Below, one piece after another: positions 1 to 12,089 of a stretch of 64,000 nucleotides of DNA. The notes beneath the pieces were generated by a model. That model was not told the DNA's origin. It was given only the letters and a program-made list of their open reading frames with translations, and did no database searches. Source of the DNA: Eledone cirrhosa (Eukaryota); contig OZ024745.1 of NCBI GenBank assembly GCA_964016885.1, positions 103,478,001 to 103,542,000 of the forward strand, in the 5' to 3' direction. The position numbers and the translations under genes were made by a program. Positions within the stretch are counted from its first letter, which is position 1; every line of letters starts with the position of its first letter.

Positions 1-2986
1 TCTCCACCGTGAGCTTCAATGATCTGAGGTCTGTTCTCACCACCTCCGCCCATGTTTTTCGTGGTCTACCTCTACCACGTCTTCCTTCAACTGGCAATTC
101 CTGGCACTTCTTCACCCATCGGTCATCCTCCATGCGCATTACATGTCCATACCACCTCAGTCTCCTCTCCCATACACTACATTCAATCCCTCTCAGACAC
201 AGTTTCTCTCTCAACACATTTATGCTGGGTCGTTCACGCACATTTACACTGCACATCCAATGGAGCATGCTTGCCTCATTTCTCTCCAGCCGTTGCATAT
301 CCTCTGCAGTTGCTGCCCATGTCTCACTACCGTGCAGCATCGCGCTCCTCACACAGGCATCATACAACCGGCCTTTCGTACGCAGAGAGAAACACTTCTT
401 CGTCAGCAGAGGAAGCAGCTCCCTAAACTTCTTCCAACCTGTCCTTATTCTAGATACTATGACCTCGGAACACCCTCCTCCTATGCTAATCTGATCTCCT
501 AGGTACCGGAAGCTATCCACCACTTCTATAGCACCCTCTTGCATTTGAAAAATGTGTCTATCAATGCGACTTCTACTGTCTAATTTCCCTGTACATCTAC
601 TGCATACATATTTCTCCCTACCTGTTAGTTTGCCTGCTATCCCGCTACATCTCTTGTGTACCCAGGATCTGCATTGTGTGCATTTTATAGAATTTATGCC
701 AGTTCTTTTTCTGCATATCGAACATGGCCATTTCCCTGACGGAATCAGTGTTTTGTCCTCTTTTCTACTCATCAACACTTTTGCCTTAGCTAGATTCACT
801 CTCAGTCCTCTTGCTTCCAACTGTTGTTTCCATAGCCAGAATTTATTCTCTAGCTCCTCTACTGATTCTGCTATAAGAACCAGATCGTCAGCATAGAGAA
901 GTTCCCATGGACGGCCAGTCTTAAACTCCTCTGTTATGGCTTGGAGGACTATAATGAACAAGAGCGGGCTGAGGACCGAACCTTGATGTACTCCTACTTG
1001 TATCTCGAATTCCTCACTAAACTCCATTCCTACCCTGACTTTACTGAGAGTACCTCTGTACAAAGTTTGCACTGTCCTCACAAGCCATTCCTCAACACCT
1101 AGCTTCCTTAGGGACCACCAGATGACAGATCGGGGTACCCTATCAAAGGCCTTCTCTAGGTCAACAAAGGCTAAGTATAATGGCTTATTCTTCTCTAAGA
1201 ACCTCTCTTGCAATTGTCTCACCAAGAAGAGGGCATCTGTTGTACTCTTCCCAGGCACAAAACTAAACTGCATCTCATCTAGTTTGACCCTTTCTCTAAT
1301 TAGTTGCGCTAAAATCCTTTCTGCCACTTTCATAACCTGATCTATCAGTTTTATACCCCTATAATTGCTCCTCTCCAAAGCATCCCCTTTACCTTTGTAG
1401 CAATTTATGAGAATACTGCTGCACCAGTCTTTGGGTATGACACCACCATATATAGCCTGATTGATGATGCGTGCAACCAGTTTAGTGCCTATGTCCCCTG
1501 ATGCCTTCAGCATCTCAGCAACTATTCCCGATGGTCCGGCAGCCTTACCATTTTTCATTTCCCTAATCGCCTCTTGGACCCTATATTCATCAATCTCAAT
1601 AGCTGGTCCTTCTGTCGGATCTACCAAGGGTAATTTCTCTCTCTCCCATTCATTCTCCACATTCATCAGTCTCTCATAATGACATTTCCAGGCCTCCTTT
1701 TTCTGATCATTCATGACACTAAGTACACTGGCATCATCCCGGACACATTTATCTCCAACAACATCCTGATTTGCATTGACACACTGCCTTGCAATGTGGA
1801 ACACCGCACGCCTCTGATCTTCCCATCGCAGAACATTGGCAAACCTCCTACTCTCTGCCTCCCTGCGTGCTAAGTACACCTGACGTCTAGCTTCTCTCTT
1901 AGTGGCTGTATATTCTTCCCTACTCCCACTCTTTTTCCAAGCCTTCCATGCTAGTCTTTTGTCTCTAATAGCCTTATCTACTGTGCTGTTCCACCACCAG
2001 GTCACTCTCTGTCTGGTTGGAGCTCTGCTCCAGCCACAGGTTTCATCAGTAGCCTGCAGCAAGTTGTCACGTAAGAAATTCCAGTTACTATCTATGTCAT
2101 ACGTCTCTAAATCGTCTTCTTTTTCGTCATATACATCTTGAAGGGCTTTCCTAAATTTGTATTTTAGTGAAAGGTCTTTTAGCTTCCAGACCTTTCTTCT
2201 CCACACCTTCCTATATGTCTCATTCCATCTCTTGCTTACTGAGATATCACTAACAACTAACCTATGCTGTGGGGTACATTCTTCCCCAGGGTATGCCTTG
2301 GTATTAGACACTATCTGCCTGTCCCGCTGCCCAACTAGCAGGAAGTCAATCTGGCTTATGTGCTCACCAGATTTGTAGGTTATTAGGTGATTGGCAGGTT
2401 TCTGGAAGTTTGTGTTGCAAATAGTCAATGTACCCGCATCACAAAATTCAAGAAGTCTCACTCCTTCTTCATTTCTTGAACTGTAACCGTGCCCACCATG
2501 TACCCCAGTGTAACCATCCTGGAGCTGTCCAACATGACCATTGAAGTCTCCTGCTAGCATAACGATGTCTCCGTCCTCTGTCATTGCAGTTGTTTGCAAA
2601 AGTTGCTCATAAAAGCAGTCTTTCTCATCTTTGCCTAGGCCTGCTTGGGGAGCATAGGCCGAGATGATTGTCAGTAGTCTCCTACCTACAACTAATCTAA
2701 GCTTAATTATTCGATTACTAACTCGAACTACCTCTATTGTCTTATTGATCCATTTCTCAGCCAGGAAAATGCCTACTCCCCCTAGCCCATCATCCTTACC
2801 TACCCAGAATAGCTTATAGCTAAGACGCTTGCCTACGACTAGTCTCGCAGAGGCACCTCTCCATCTCACCTCTTGCACGCAGCACACATCCACCTGCCTT
2901 CTCTCCAGCATCTCCGCTATTTCAGCAGATCTATCTCTGAGAGTGCCAACATTAAGTGTTGCAACTCTGAGATGCGACGTCTTCAT
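1..2986 (-). CDS. RTE ORF: AP endonuclease + reverse transcriptase + PHD finger (partial, runs off the window)
   Basis: ATG at 2986 with an in-frame TAG just upstream. Motifs MKTSHLRVATLNVGTL, CVQEVRW, SAYAPQ, GDFNGHVG, QGSVLSP, YADD (895-884), C4HC3 (730-587), GRPRKTW (70). ATG, YADD, PHD and C-terminal positions are in the same frame; the ORF track reports no internally terminated ORF in this frame. Confidence 0.88.
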   Translation of the reverse strand, partial: MKTSHLRVATLNVGTLRDRSAEIAEMLERRQVDVCCVQEVRWRGASARLVVGKRLSYKLFWVGKDDGLGGVGIFLAEKWINKTIEVVRVSNRIIKLRLVVGRRLLTIISAYAPQAGLGKDEKDCFYEQLLQTTAMTEDGDIVMLAGDFNGHVGQLQDGYTGVHGGHGYSSRNEEGVRLLEFCDAGTLTICNTNFQKPANHLITYKSGEHISQIDFLLVGQRDRQIVSNTKAYPGEECTPQHRLVVSDISVSKRWNETYRKVWRRKVWKLKDLSLKYKFRKALQDVYDEKEDDLETYDIDSNWNFLRDNLLQATDETCGWSRAPTRQRVTWWWNSTVDKAIRDKRLAWKAWKKSGSREEYTATKREARRQVYLARREAESRRFANVLRWEDQRRAVFHIARQCVNANQDVVGDKCVRDDASVLSVMNDQKKEAWKCHYERLMNVENEWEREKLPLVDPTEGPAIEIDEYRVQEAIREMKNGKAAGPSGIVAEMLKASGDIGTKLVARIINQAIYGGVIPKDWCSSILINCYKGKGDALERSNYRGIKLIDQVMKVAERILAQLIRERVKLDEMQFSFVPGKSTTDALFLVRQLQERFLEKNKPLYLAFVDLEKAFDRVPRSVIWWSLRKLGVEEWLVRTVQTLYRGTLSKVRVGMEFSEEFEIQVGVHQGSVLSPLLFIIVLQAITEEFKTGRPWELLYADDLVLIAESVEELENKFWLWKQQLEARGLRVNLAKAKVLMSRKEDKTLIPSGKWPCSICRKRTGINSIKCTQCRSWVHKRCSGIAGKLTGREKYVCSRCTGKLDSRSRIDRHIFQMQEGAIEVVDSFRYLGDQISIGGGCSEVIVSRIRTGWKKFRELLPLLTKKCFSLRTKGRLYDACVRSAMLHGSETWAATAEDMQRLERNEASMLHWMCSVNVRERPSINVLREKLCLRGIECSVWERRLRWYGHVMRMEDDRWVKKCQELPVEGRRGRGRPRKTWAEVVRTDLRSLKLTVE

Positions 2987-3178
2987 ATTTTGTTGTTGTT
3001 CCTATTTGTTGCTGTGCTGATAAGCGTTTTGGCATTGATACACTGGTTGGATGCCCTTCCTAACACCAGCGCCACTTTACAGCATGGACTGGGTGCTTTT
3101 ATTTGTGCCACCAGCACTAGAGAGGATGTCTTACTAGACTCAAGGGCCCTCTCTACCCCTCCATTTTACAGCATGGTC
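1..3178 (-). mobile_element. RTE-clade non-LTR retrotransposon (family A), near full length, 3' end beyond the window
   Basis: ~190-nt 5' UTR, then APE endonuclease, RT and PHD finger in one frame; highly similar to the decayed copy at 40503-42797. Confidence 0.95.
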
Positions 3179-4404
3179 AAAAAAAAAAAAAAAAAACTGA
3201 ATGTATGTTTTATTTACTTTTAAGGAAAATAGAACATTAGTATATTTGGTTATTGAGCCATTGTGTTTTAGAAAAGAAGAATAAATTGTTCTACATGGCT
3301 CACAGTCAAGTATATCCATATTTTTAAAGATGTGATTTGATATCTTTAAAAGGTGTGAGTTAGACATAGAAAGTAACTTACTGAGTAAGTGTTTCATGCT
3401 TTATATTTGTATTTTAACATGAACAATAATGTATTTACCAAGCACATCAAGAAAAGAATTTTTTTAATCTTAACATTACCTGTTCTTCATTATCTCCAAG
3501 ACTAATTGAGAGGGTTAGATATTCATTAACACAAAGAAAAGCCTCTAAAGTTAATAGATAGAATAAATGAAAGTTAACAATAGCTGTCATTTATTTACAA
3601 ACTTGGGATCTTCATCAAAAGTCAACAAGCAATAATAACATAGACAATAAATCTGAGCTGTTGCTGATATTGTTGTGGTTGTTGTTATGATGAAAAACGT
3701 TCCGGCCATGACTATCATGACTTCCAATTTGTATATCAGATGCTGCATTGTGGAATATTTTTTTACTTTTTTAAGAGAGTTATTTTTTTTTTCTTGTTGT
3801 TGCTATTGCTTTGTGATGGAAATTTAGCTGTTATTTCTAGCAGGCGAAGCAAATTGAAAGAAAGGGAGAAACTAGGAAGTTTGTGATATTCATACCTTTC
3901 ACAAAACATTAATAATGGTTTCTAATTTAGGCACAAGACCAGTAAATTTGTGGGAAGGGAAAGTTGATTATGTCAACTGCAGTACTTGACTGGTACTATA
4001 TTTTATTGATCTCAGAAGGATGAAAAGCAAAGTTTTAATGGTGAAATTAAAGCCATGTAGAAACAAAAACTGGACTGCAATCTGTTTTACAACTGAAATT
4101 ATTGAAGCAATTAGTAAACAAAGATTCCCTATATTTGTGTTAAACTTCTAAAAACAAGCACAAGTGATAATTCCAATAAGATAAGTTGTAACACTCATGA
4201 AACCAGCATAAGCTCTGGGTTTTGTTCAAATCATAAAAAGCATAAAAAATGGGTGTGAAATGTTTTATAAATATTTATAAATATTATGAATATTTGATTT
4301 GTTTGCAAGCAAACAGTTTCATAAGCCCATGTGTATTTTCTAGATGACTGATGTCATCCTTTTGCTCCACAAGGTGTTATAAAACTGTTTGCTTGACAGT
4401 ATTG

Positions 4405-4685
4405 GCCGAGGTTGACTTTGCCTTTCATCCTTACGGCCTCGTTAAAATAAAATACCAGTAATGCACTGGTTAATTGCTGGCCTTGTGCCTAAAGTAGAAA
4501 CAAGTATTGGTAGAGAGTTGGACACCATGCTTTACAGCATAGAGTTACGGCTCTTTACGATCTGAGTTCAAATCCCGCCGAGGTTAACTTTGCCTTTCAT
4601 CCTTACAGGGTCGATAAAATAAAGTACCAGTAATACACTGGGATAATTGCTGGCCTTGTGACTAAAGTAGAAACAATTATTATTA
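4405..4685 (+). mobile_element. SINE family B (Nin/Deu-domain-like), two tandem copies
   Basis: GAGTTCAAATCC B box, GCCTTTCATCCTTACGGGGTCGATAAAATAAAGTACC core, (ATT)n tail. Confidence 0.8.
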
Positions 4686-4740
4686 TTCACTCACGAATAC
4701 ATTTAAATATCCACCATGCTGCAGTGAAAACAAATGTTGT

Positions 4741-4773
<33 letters not shown>

Positions 4774-4794
4774 TCATATATATATATATATATA

Positions 4795-5843
4795 AGAATA
4801 TAGATTTTATATGTGGCCGGTGCTCTGGTGCAATAAGTAACAGCAAGTGCACACAGAATACTAGCTCATTCCATTGCACAGATGGTTCTATAGAAATAGT
4901 GGACACCTTCCGTTACCTGGGTGACAAAATCAGCAGTGGGGGAGGGTGCTCTGAAAGTACAGTAGCTAGAGTCAGAATGGGATGGAAAAAGTTCAGAGAA
5001 CTTATACCACTATTGGCCGCTAAAGGGTTCTCTCTAAAAATGAAAGGCAGGCTGTATGATGCCTGCATACGAACATCAATGCTACATGGCAGTGAGACCT
5101 GGGCATTGTGTGCAGAGGATATACACAGACTGGAGAGAAACGAAGCTTGCATGCTCCGCTGGATGTGTAATAGTAATATACGTGATCGGCAAAGCATAAA
5201 CGAACTAAGAGAGAAATTAGGAATAAGAGGGATCAGATGTTGTTTACTCGAGAGAAGACTACGTTGGTACGGTCACGTGATGCGCATGATAGACGACAGC
5301 TGTATAAAAAAGTGCAGGGCGATAAAAATAGACGGTAGCCACGGAGTAGGCAGACCCAGAAAAACCTGGGACGACTTGATAAATTCCGACCTCACACACT
5401 TACACCTCTCCAAGACAATGTCACTGGACCGAGATCTTTGGCGCTACACAGTCATACAGAAGACCCGCCTTGCCTAAGTACAAAGCGAAACCTACAGTCA
5501 GTAGGCACCTCTAACAAAATACACCCCCGTCCCACTACCCCCACCCCATCCACACCACCCATTAAATGTGAAGTTATGTTGGTACCACAACATCCAGTCC
5601 AAAACAAATGAGGTCGTGTAGGTGTCACGACAAAAAAAAACACACAGTCCACGCTGTAATGTGGCCGTGTAGGCAACACGGTAAAAACCTCCAAGTTCTA
5701 CACTGTAAATGTGGTTGGTGTTAGGAAGGGCATCCAGCTGTAGAAAACCCACTAGACAGTCCTATACGAGCAGGACAACAAATCTTGCCTCAAGTGGGAA
5801 AACTCCCATCCAAACTCATGTAAGCGTGGAAGATGGACGTTAA

Positions 5844-5875
<32 letters not shown>
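4795..5875 (+). mobile_element. RTE LINE family B, 5'-truncated 3' fragment with 3' UTR and (GAT)n tail
   Basis: ORF 4734-5477 (FRYLG, MLHGSETW, RRLRWYGHVMR); begins in (TA)n; ends in (GAT)n. Confidence 0.93.
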
Positions 5876-5882
5876 ATATTCA

Positions 5883-6284
5883 TATACAAATTAAAATGAA
5901 GAATTAGAAATAGAAGCCAGGACTATCCATCCTGGCCTCTATTTCTAATTCTTCATTTTAATTTGTATATCACATTTGCAACAACACAGCATGCCATTTT
6001 TCATTCCTATATATATTCATATATACATATATATAATAAAGCTCATTGGACCTCTGCTGTGGTAATGACAGAATTAACCTGTTATTACCACAGCAGGGAA
6101 CCTTGAGCTGATCAACAGCAAAACGCGCGTCACCAATCAATAAATGTAATGAAGACATAACCGATTGTGCTTTTATTGTTGTATTTACACTCTGTTTAGC
6201 TCTACACCTCATTACAGACGTGAATCTAAGTATTGAGTGCTCACCTGGGAGAACCTACAGTAACTGCACGCTATACCCCCTGGG
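5883..6284 (+). mobile_element. Short Penelope-type terminal fragment with 5' foldback and hammerhead-like motif
   Basis: ~40-bp-arm hairpin 5885-5968; AAAACGCGCGTC motif at 6120; homologous copy at 25905-26193. Confidence 0.55.
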
Positions 6285-6331
6285 TGTGTGTGTGTGTGTG
6301 TGCGTGTGTGTGTGTATATATATATATATAT

Positions 6332-6724
6332 GAAGGCACATGGCTTAGTGGTTAGAGCATTGGGCTTGCAATCGAAAGGTTGTGAGTTCAATTCTCGGAC
6401 CGGGTGATGTGTTGTTTCCTTGAGCAAGACACTTTATTTCACATTGCTCCAGTTTACTCAGCTGTAGAAATGAGATGATAGGGACTGCGGTCCCTATCAT
6501 TCCACTGCAAAGCGGTCGTGGAGGTGCCACGGCAAAAAAAGCACCCAGCACTCACTGTAAATGAGGTTGGTGTTAGGAAGGGCATCCAGCTGTAGAAATC
6601 AAGCCAGAATCAGTTCCCGTATAAGCAAGACAAGGTCAGCTGACCAGACACTGCCCACAACAGGACAATCCGTCTAACCCATGCTAGCGTGGAAGAACGG
6701 ACGTAAAATGGTGATGATGATGAT
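6332..6724 (+). mobile_element. SINE family A (tRNA head, CCTTGAGCAAG core, RTE-derived body and tail)
   Basis: A box TGGCTTAGTGG, B box GAGTTCAATTC; body shared with RTE 5' UTR; GGACGTAAAATG(GAT)n tail. Confidence 0.9.
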
Positions 6725-7249
6725 ATGTATAATTTGTTTAACAATACAGGCCAGGCAAACTGAAAGGGATTGATCAATAACACTTTTTTATATCAAACAG
6801 CTCTTGCCTCTATGATACAAAGTTATTCATTTTAAAATGTTTATATTTATCTAAAAGCTTTCAAAATTATCAAAATTTATCTAAGAACCTTTATCAAATA
6901 AGTTTCCCAACAACAGCTTAATAATGAGTAAGTTATATTACTAAATCCCTCTAAATTCTTGATTATTTTTTTAATGAATAGCAAATCTATGACAATGTAT
7001 TTCATGCTTTCACCTTTCTTAAGGAAGGACATTTGTGTAAAAAAATATTTGATCTGTCACGAAATAAATGAGATGTTAGGTAAGATGAAAAGTAAATGCT
7101 CTTTCAATAGTTAGAATGTTGTGGCCTGAGTCTAATTGTATGATTTTCCAGTTGTTGATATTATTACAACATACAACTCAAATTACTTCCCCTGTTTTGC
7201 ATTTAAAGACTAATGTTATGGCTATTTCAATGCTGTTATTTAATTGCCA

Positions 7250-7370
7250 TTCTGAGTTCAAATCCCGCCGAGGTTAACTTTGCCTTTCATCCTTACGGGG
7301 TCGATAAAATAAAGTACCAGTAATGTACTGAGTAACTGCTGGCTTTGTGCCAAAAGTAGAAACAATTATT
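7250..7370 (+). mobile_element. SINE family B, 5'-truncated
   Basis: Same core and tail as 4405. Confidence 0.8.
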
Positions 7371-7667
7371 TAAAATTAGGTCAAAGCAAGTAGAGTGGCA
7401 GCTGACATATAGAGAGGCATAGTGAAAGCCTTACAGTGTTTAATTTTTGTTGTTTTTGTAGTTTAAATAATGCTTCATTTGATTTTGCATTTCATTCTTC
7501 CAAGACAAAAAAAAAAAAATACAGCAAGTTCTGTAGTTGAATCAACTGGTTACATTAAGTCCCACAATACTTGACCTTGCAAAAATTGGGTAATGGATGG
7601 GTAGGGATTCGTTGTGAGAGGCTTGAATATCACAAAGCCTCAGTTCTCTCTCTCTCTCTCTCTTTAA

Positions 7668-7857
7668 CCCTTTAGCATTTAAATCAGCCATATCTGGCCA
7701 GAATTCTCTCAGCTTTTTCTGTTCAAACTGGCCATAATCAGCCCCTCATACAAATGTTAAGGTATTGTTCTCAAAATAAATAACAAAATCTCATAGATTC
7801 GATATTATGTAAGATAAAGCCTTTAACTTTATATAGAGTAATGTAAATGCTGAAGGG
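7668..7857. mobile_element. piggyBac-type MITE
   Basis: TTAA|CCCTTTAGCATTTA...TAAATGCTGAAGGG|TTAA; second copy at 55007-55227. Confidence 0.8.
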
Positions 7858-7869
7858 TTAAAACTTTGG

Positions 7870-8035
7870 TGGTCACTTGACTTGTTAGAAATAGCAGCCA
7901 AATTTCCTTCAGATCACAACCTACTGATTAAAAATGAAAAGACATACAATGCAGTACTTGATATATGAAATGATGGAATAATTACAGTCTTTCATCATAG
8001 GTCTGCTTGATCAAGACAAACCTGAGGTTAAACAA
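7870..8035 (+). repeat. Old dispersed ~200-bp repeat (TGCTAGAAATAGCAGCCAAATCT family), unclassified
   Basis: Diverged copies near 3820(-), 10295, 27540, 28030-28410, 54960-55500, 55955, 58450(-), 59830, 60840-61010(-). Confidence 0.65.
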
Positions 8036-8081
8036 CATTACCATTAGCTCAAGTTTAATGACTATATTATTATTGATTGCT

Positions 8082-8437
8082 TTCTAGCATAGTTACGTCC
8101 CTTTACAGTCTGAGTTCAAATCCCGCTGAGGTTAACTTTGCCTTTCATCCTTACGGGGTCGATAAAATAAAGTACCAGTAATGTACTGGGTAATTGCTGG
8201 CCTTGTGCCTAAAGTAGAAACAATTATTATTGATTGCTAAGGGCAGTGGATCGGCAGTGTTGGTAGAGTGTCAGACACCATGCTTTCCAGCAAAGAGATA
8301 TGTCCCTTTCTGGTCTGAGTTCAAATCCCGCTGAGGTTAACTTTGCCTTTCATCCTTACGGGGTCGATAAAATAAAGTACCAGTAATGCACTCAGATAAT
8401 AGCAGGCCTTGTGCCTAAAGTAGAAACAATTATTATT
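8082..8437 (+). mobile_element. SINE family B, two tandem copies
   Basis: Repeated core and (ATT)n tails. Confidence 0.8.
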
Positions 8438-9439
8438 GATTGCTAACTTTTAGTCAAGGTCCCAAGTTTTAAATGAAGGGTATCTATAGGCAATTGAAAA
8501 ATGCTGTCCAATACAGTCCTGCCCTTGCCAGAGAGTTAAGTTAGAAATCCAAACCAAGAAATTGTTATAACTTGTAACATAAAGAGTCCTTAACTAAATG
8601 CTGCAACACAGCACAATACTCTCGTTTTTACCGTCCCCTCACCTTTGTTTTTTGTTTTTTTTGTGGTGGTGGTGGGGGTTTAGATTACATTATCTAAGCC
8701 TTTGATTGCTGAGCTCCTGCATATTTTCTAGTCTCAAATTCAGATCCTGATGCATTTATTGCAGGACCCTGTGCATCACCATCTAACTTATCAACATTGC
8801 TACATACACTCACATCATAATCACAACCATTATATTCTGTATTTGATAATGGTTTCTGATTTAGTGGAGGCACGTGGCCTAGTGGTAAGGGTATTGTATT
8901 TATGATCATAATGTCATGGGTTCAAATCCTGCAGTGGGTTGCATGTTGTGTTTAATTAAATCAACCCTAGCGCATTACTGGTACTTTATTTTATCGATCC
9001 CATAAGAATGAAAGACAAAGGTAACCTCAGCGAGATTTGAACTCAGAACATAAGGGGATGTAACTATATGTCATAAAGTGTGTTGTCTGACACTCTACTG
9101 ATACTGCCAATCCACTGCTATATAAATAATTGTTTCTACTTTTGGCACAAGGTCAGCAGTTGTGTCAAAGAAGGACCCTTCAGTTGTGTCAAATCTGTCT
9201 AGTGCTGGTGTCATGATAAAATGCATAGGACTATATATAAGCAAGATGTGGGCCCCTGGCCAGTCTGAGAAGTCAGTAACCCTACTTGATAGTGATGATG
9301 ATGATGAATTCTGACCCTATGAGTTGCAGTTCTTGGGTACAGCTGTTATGTAGGTTCTCTGCACCTCTTGCTACCAGTTAGCTAAGAACTACTCTCCAAC
9401 ATATAGAAAATTAACTTTATCCAGGAAAGAATCACTGGA

Positions 9440-9660
9440 CAGATTTTACAGGCAAAACCAACCAGCAGGAGACCCAGGGATGGACTCCGAGCAAGATGGT
9501 TAGATAACACCCATGAGCTTGGCTGGTCTCGCTTGGGGATGCAGCCAGATCAGTTGGAGATAGGGTAGTTGCTTCTGACAGGACCAGCTAGGAGGAGTGT
9601 TTGAGGACTCTTTCCTCACGGCCCTCTCAGGAATAAGTGGGCAATAAAGGAGGAGGAGAA
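9440..9660 (+). mobile_element. Degenerate Rex3/Expander-type RTE 3' end
   Basis: Translates QAKPTSRRPRDGLRARWLD...GWSRLGMQPDQLE, like the Rex3-type C-terminus. Confidence 0.6.
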
Positions 9661-10894
9661 GAAGAAGAACAACAACAACAACTTTATCCAGTGTTTTGAG
9701 TGATACATTTTCAAATTACAATATAAAAATGTTCATAAATTGTTATAAATATAATTTATGTCATTCTTATAGAAAACTTTTGCTGCTGCACATACTTTTG
9801 GTCTCATGGGGATTTCTTTGTCGTTTATTATTTTTTGCTTTATTTTGTTGTTTTTTCTACTTGTTTTAATCACATTGAGACAGTTAAATTCATTCATTTT
9901 TATGGAACTATATCGTCTTTAATTTTGTTTTTCTTCAGAACTAAACTATAATATTGAGCAAAACAATAACTGGTTTTTTTTTCCATATTTTTTTTCTTCT
10001 TTTTCAAGAATTCTTTTTACAAATTGTACTAACTTCTAAGGTTTCATCTGTCTGTAAGGAATAAATGATTGAATGGATGCATTGAAATGAATGTTATAAC
10101 AACTTCAATACAGTTGACAATGCAGTAAGAAATAAACAGAAAACAAAGCTGCAAATCCAATAACAAAAAAAAGGAACAAAGGGTCTACTAAACAATTCTT
10201 TTCCCTTTATTCCAGCATCCATAAACTTAATCTAACCAATCACTGCTCCTGCTAACACTCAAAACATGAGCCAATGGAAGTGCTTCTATATATTCGTTCA
10301 GCCTGCTAGAAATAACAGCCAAATCTCCCTATATTGTCTTTAAAAATGGAAGGACACATTCAACAATGTAGTCTCTGATATACAAAAAGATGGGATGATC
10401 ACAGCTGGAATGTCTTTGACCATAAGTATGATCAATCATTTCTTGATCTGAGGCTAAGCAACAGCAACACAGACCACAAATCTTATATGAATCAGAGACA
10501 CAAATCTGTTTTCCTTTATCTCTAACTTAACTCTCCAAGCTATTTCACCTTCAAAGTTAATGTTTGTATGTGTGTATAATTTTCTTTTTCTTTGCCACCC
10601 ATCTTTCTCACTTAGGCTTTAGCAACTAAGATGTTCAGTTAGACTTACACTCCCTTCATTTCACTGAGTTTTTCTACTCATTATCTGATCTCCTCCAGTC
10701 TCTAGAATTTATTCATTTCTCTCTCTTGTCTTGCATTGAGAACACCTATCTCAACTCACTCCTCTATGAAGTCATTATCATCTTAAATCTCACAATAAGG
10801 ATAGAGGCACTGTCACACGGCTTGCCTAGGGCACTTTAAAACCCTCTGCAGGTTTGAACACACCCGATTTTTTCTATAGAGGAAGAATCAACCC

Positions 10895-11433
10895 CAGTGC
10901 AGGACTGGTATTTTTTTTATCGACCTCGAAAGGATGACAGGCAAAGTTGACCACTGTGGGATTTGAACTCAGAGTGCACAATGAGGTGAGATGAATACTG
11001 TGAAGCATTCCATATAGACAATATGCCCCCACATCCCCCACCGCAAGGTGGTCGTGGAGGTGCCACGGAAAAAAAGCACCCAGCCCACACTGTAAAGTGG
11101 GACGTGTAGGCGCCACGAAAAAAGTACCCAGCACTCACTGTAAATGAGGTTGGTGTTAGGAAGGGCATCCAGCTGTAGAAACCAAGCCAAATCAGTTCCT
11201 GTATGACTGCAAACACTTCCAGGAGTCAAAAGTTTTGGATAATCCCCTCATCTACAACTGCAGTGAAGGTGCATGGCTTAGTGGTTAGAGCATTGGGCTT
11301 GCAATCGAAAGGTTGTGAGTTCAATTCTCGGACCGGGTGATGTGTTGTTTCCTTGAGCAAGACACTTTATTTCACATTGCTCCAGTTTACTCAGCTGTAG
11401 AAATGAGATAATAGGGACTGGGGTCCCTATCAT
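10895..11433. mobile_element. Cluster: SINE B (-), SINE A body (+) and SINE A head (+, 11265-11433)
   Basis: Matches to the two SINE consensus sequences seen elsewhere in the window. Confidence 0.75.
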
Positions 11434-12089
11434 TAAATTACCCAAGAGACCTCCAACGAGATATACCTTGGAGGAGGCCAGCTAAACCTGCAGAGGTGGG
11501 AGCTGTCACACACACACAACTGCAGTGACACAGTTGAAGGATACTGTATACAACACTTGTACAAAGTCACTACCAACAGCAACTGGAAGACATCTACAAC
11601 TAACTGTAATGCAAGCAAGACATTCAGAAATGCAAATGATGCCTTTATGTGTCATACAGTCCACAAATTCCCCTCCCAATTTACTCATGGGATTTTTATT
11701 TCCTTGCCAAAAAGATCTCTACAAATATTGCAGAATCTTCCTACCCACCATTCTTCAAATTACAACTTGGCCTTGTAATCTGTTTGTTAAATCTATCCAC
11801 TTTCCCACCACTCCTCAATAAAGATAGCTCTGTAAATAACACCCCTGCTGATAACATTTGTTGAAAGTTTTACTTCCAGTATCACAGTGCAAGCACACAT
11901 TTACACACATAAAAAAAACCTCTTATATCCAATTTTACTTGTATGACTGTACTCAAACCAGTCTTCACAACTTCCCTTCTGAGCTTCAGAGCCAGCTCCT
12001 CTCATCACTAAACTTTTCAGCCATTTCTCTACAGGGATCTACTAGAGTCCTGCACTTCTGTAATCATTGGTTGTCAAGAAATTTGGTGA

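Noticed and set aside
9-2378. Plus-strand ORFs
   Set aside because: Antisense shadows of the minus-strand RTE ORF.
6332-6405. tRNA gene
   Set aside because: A/B boxes continue into SINE core and tail in many copies; it is a SINE head.
8694-8909. 71-aa minus ORF as host exon
   Set aside because: Starts in a SINE head; no recognisable motif or convincing splice sites.
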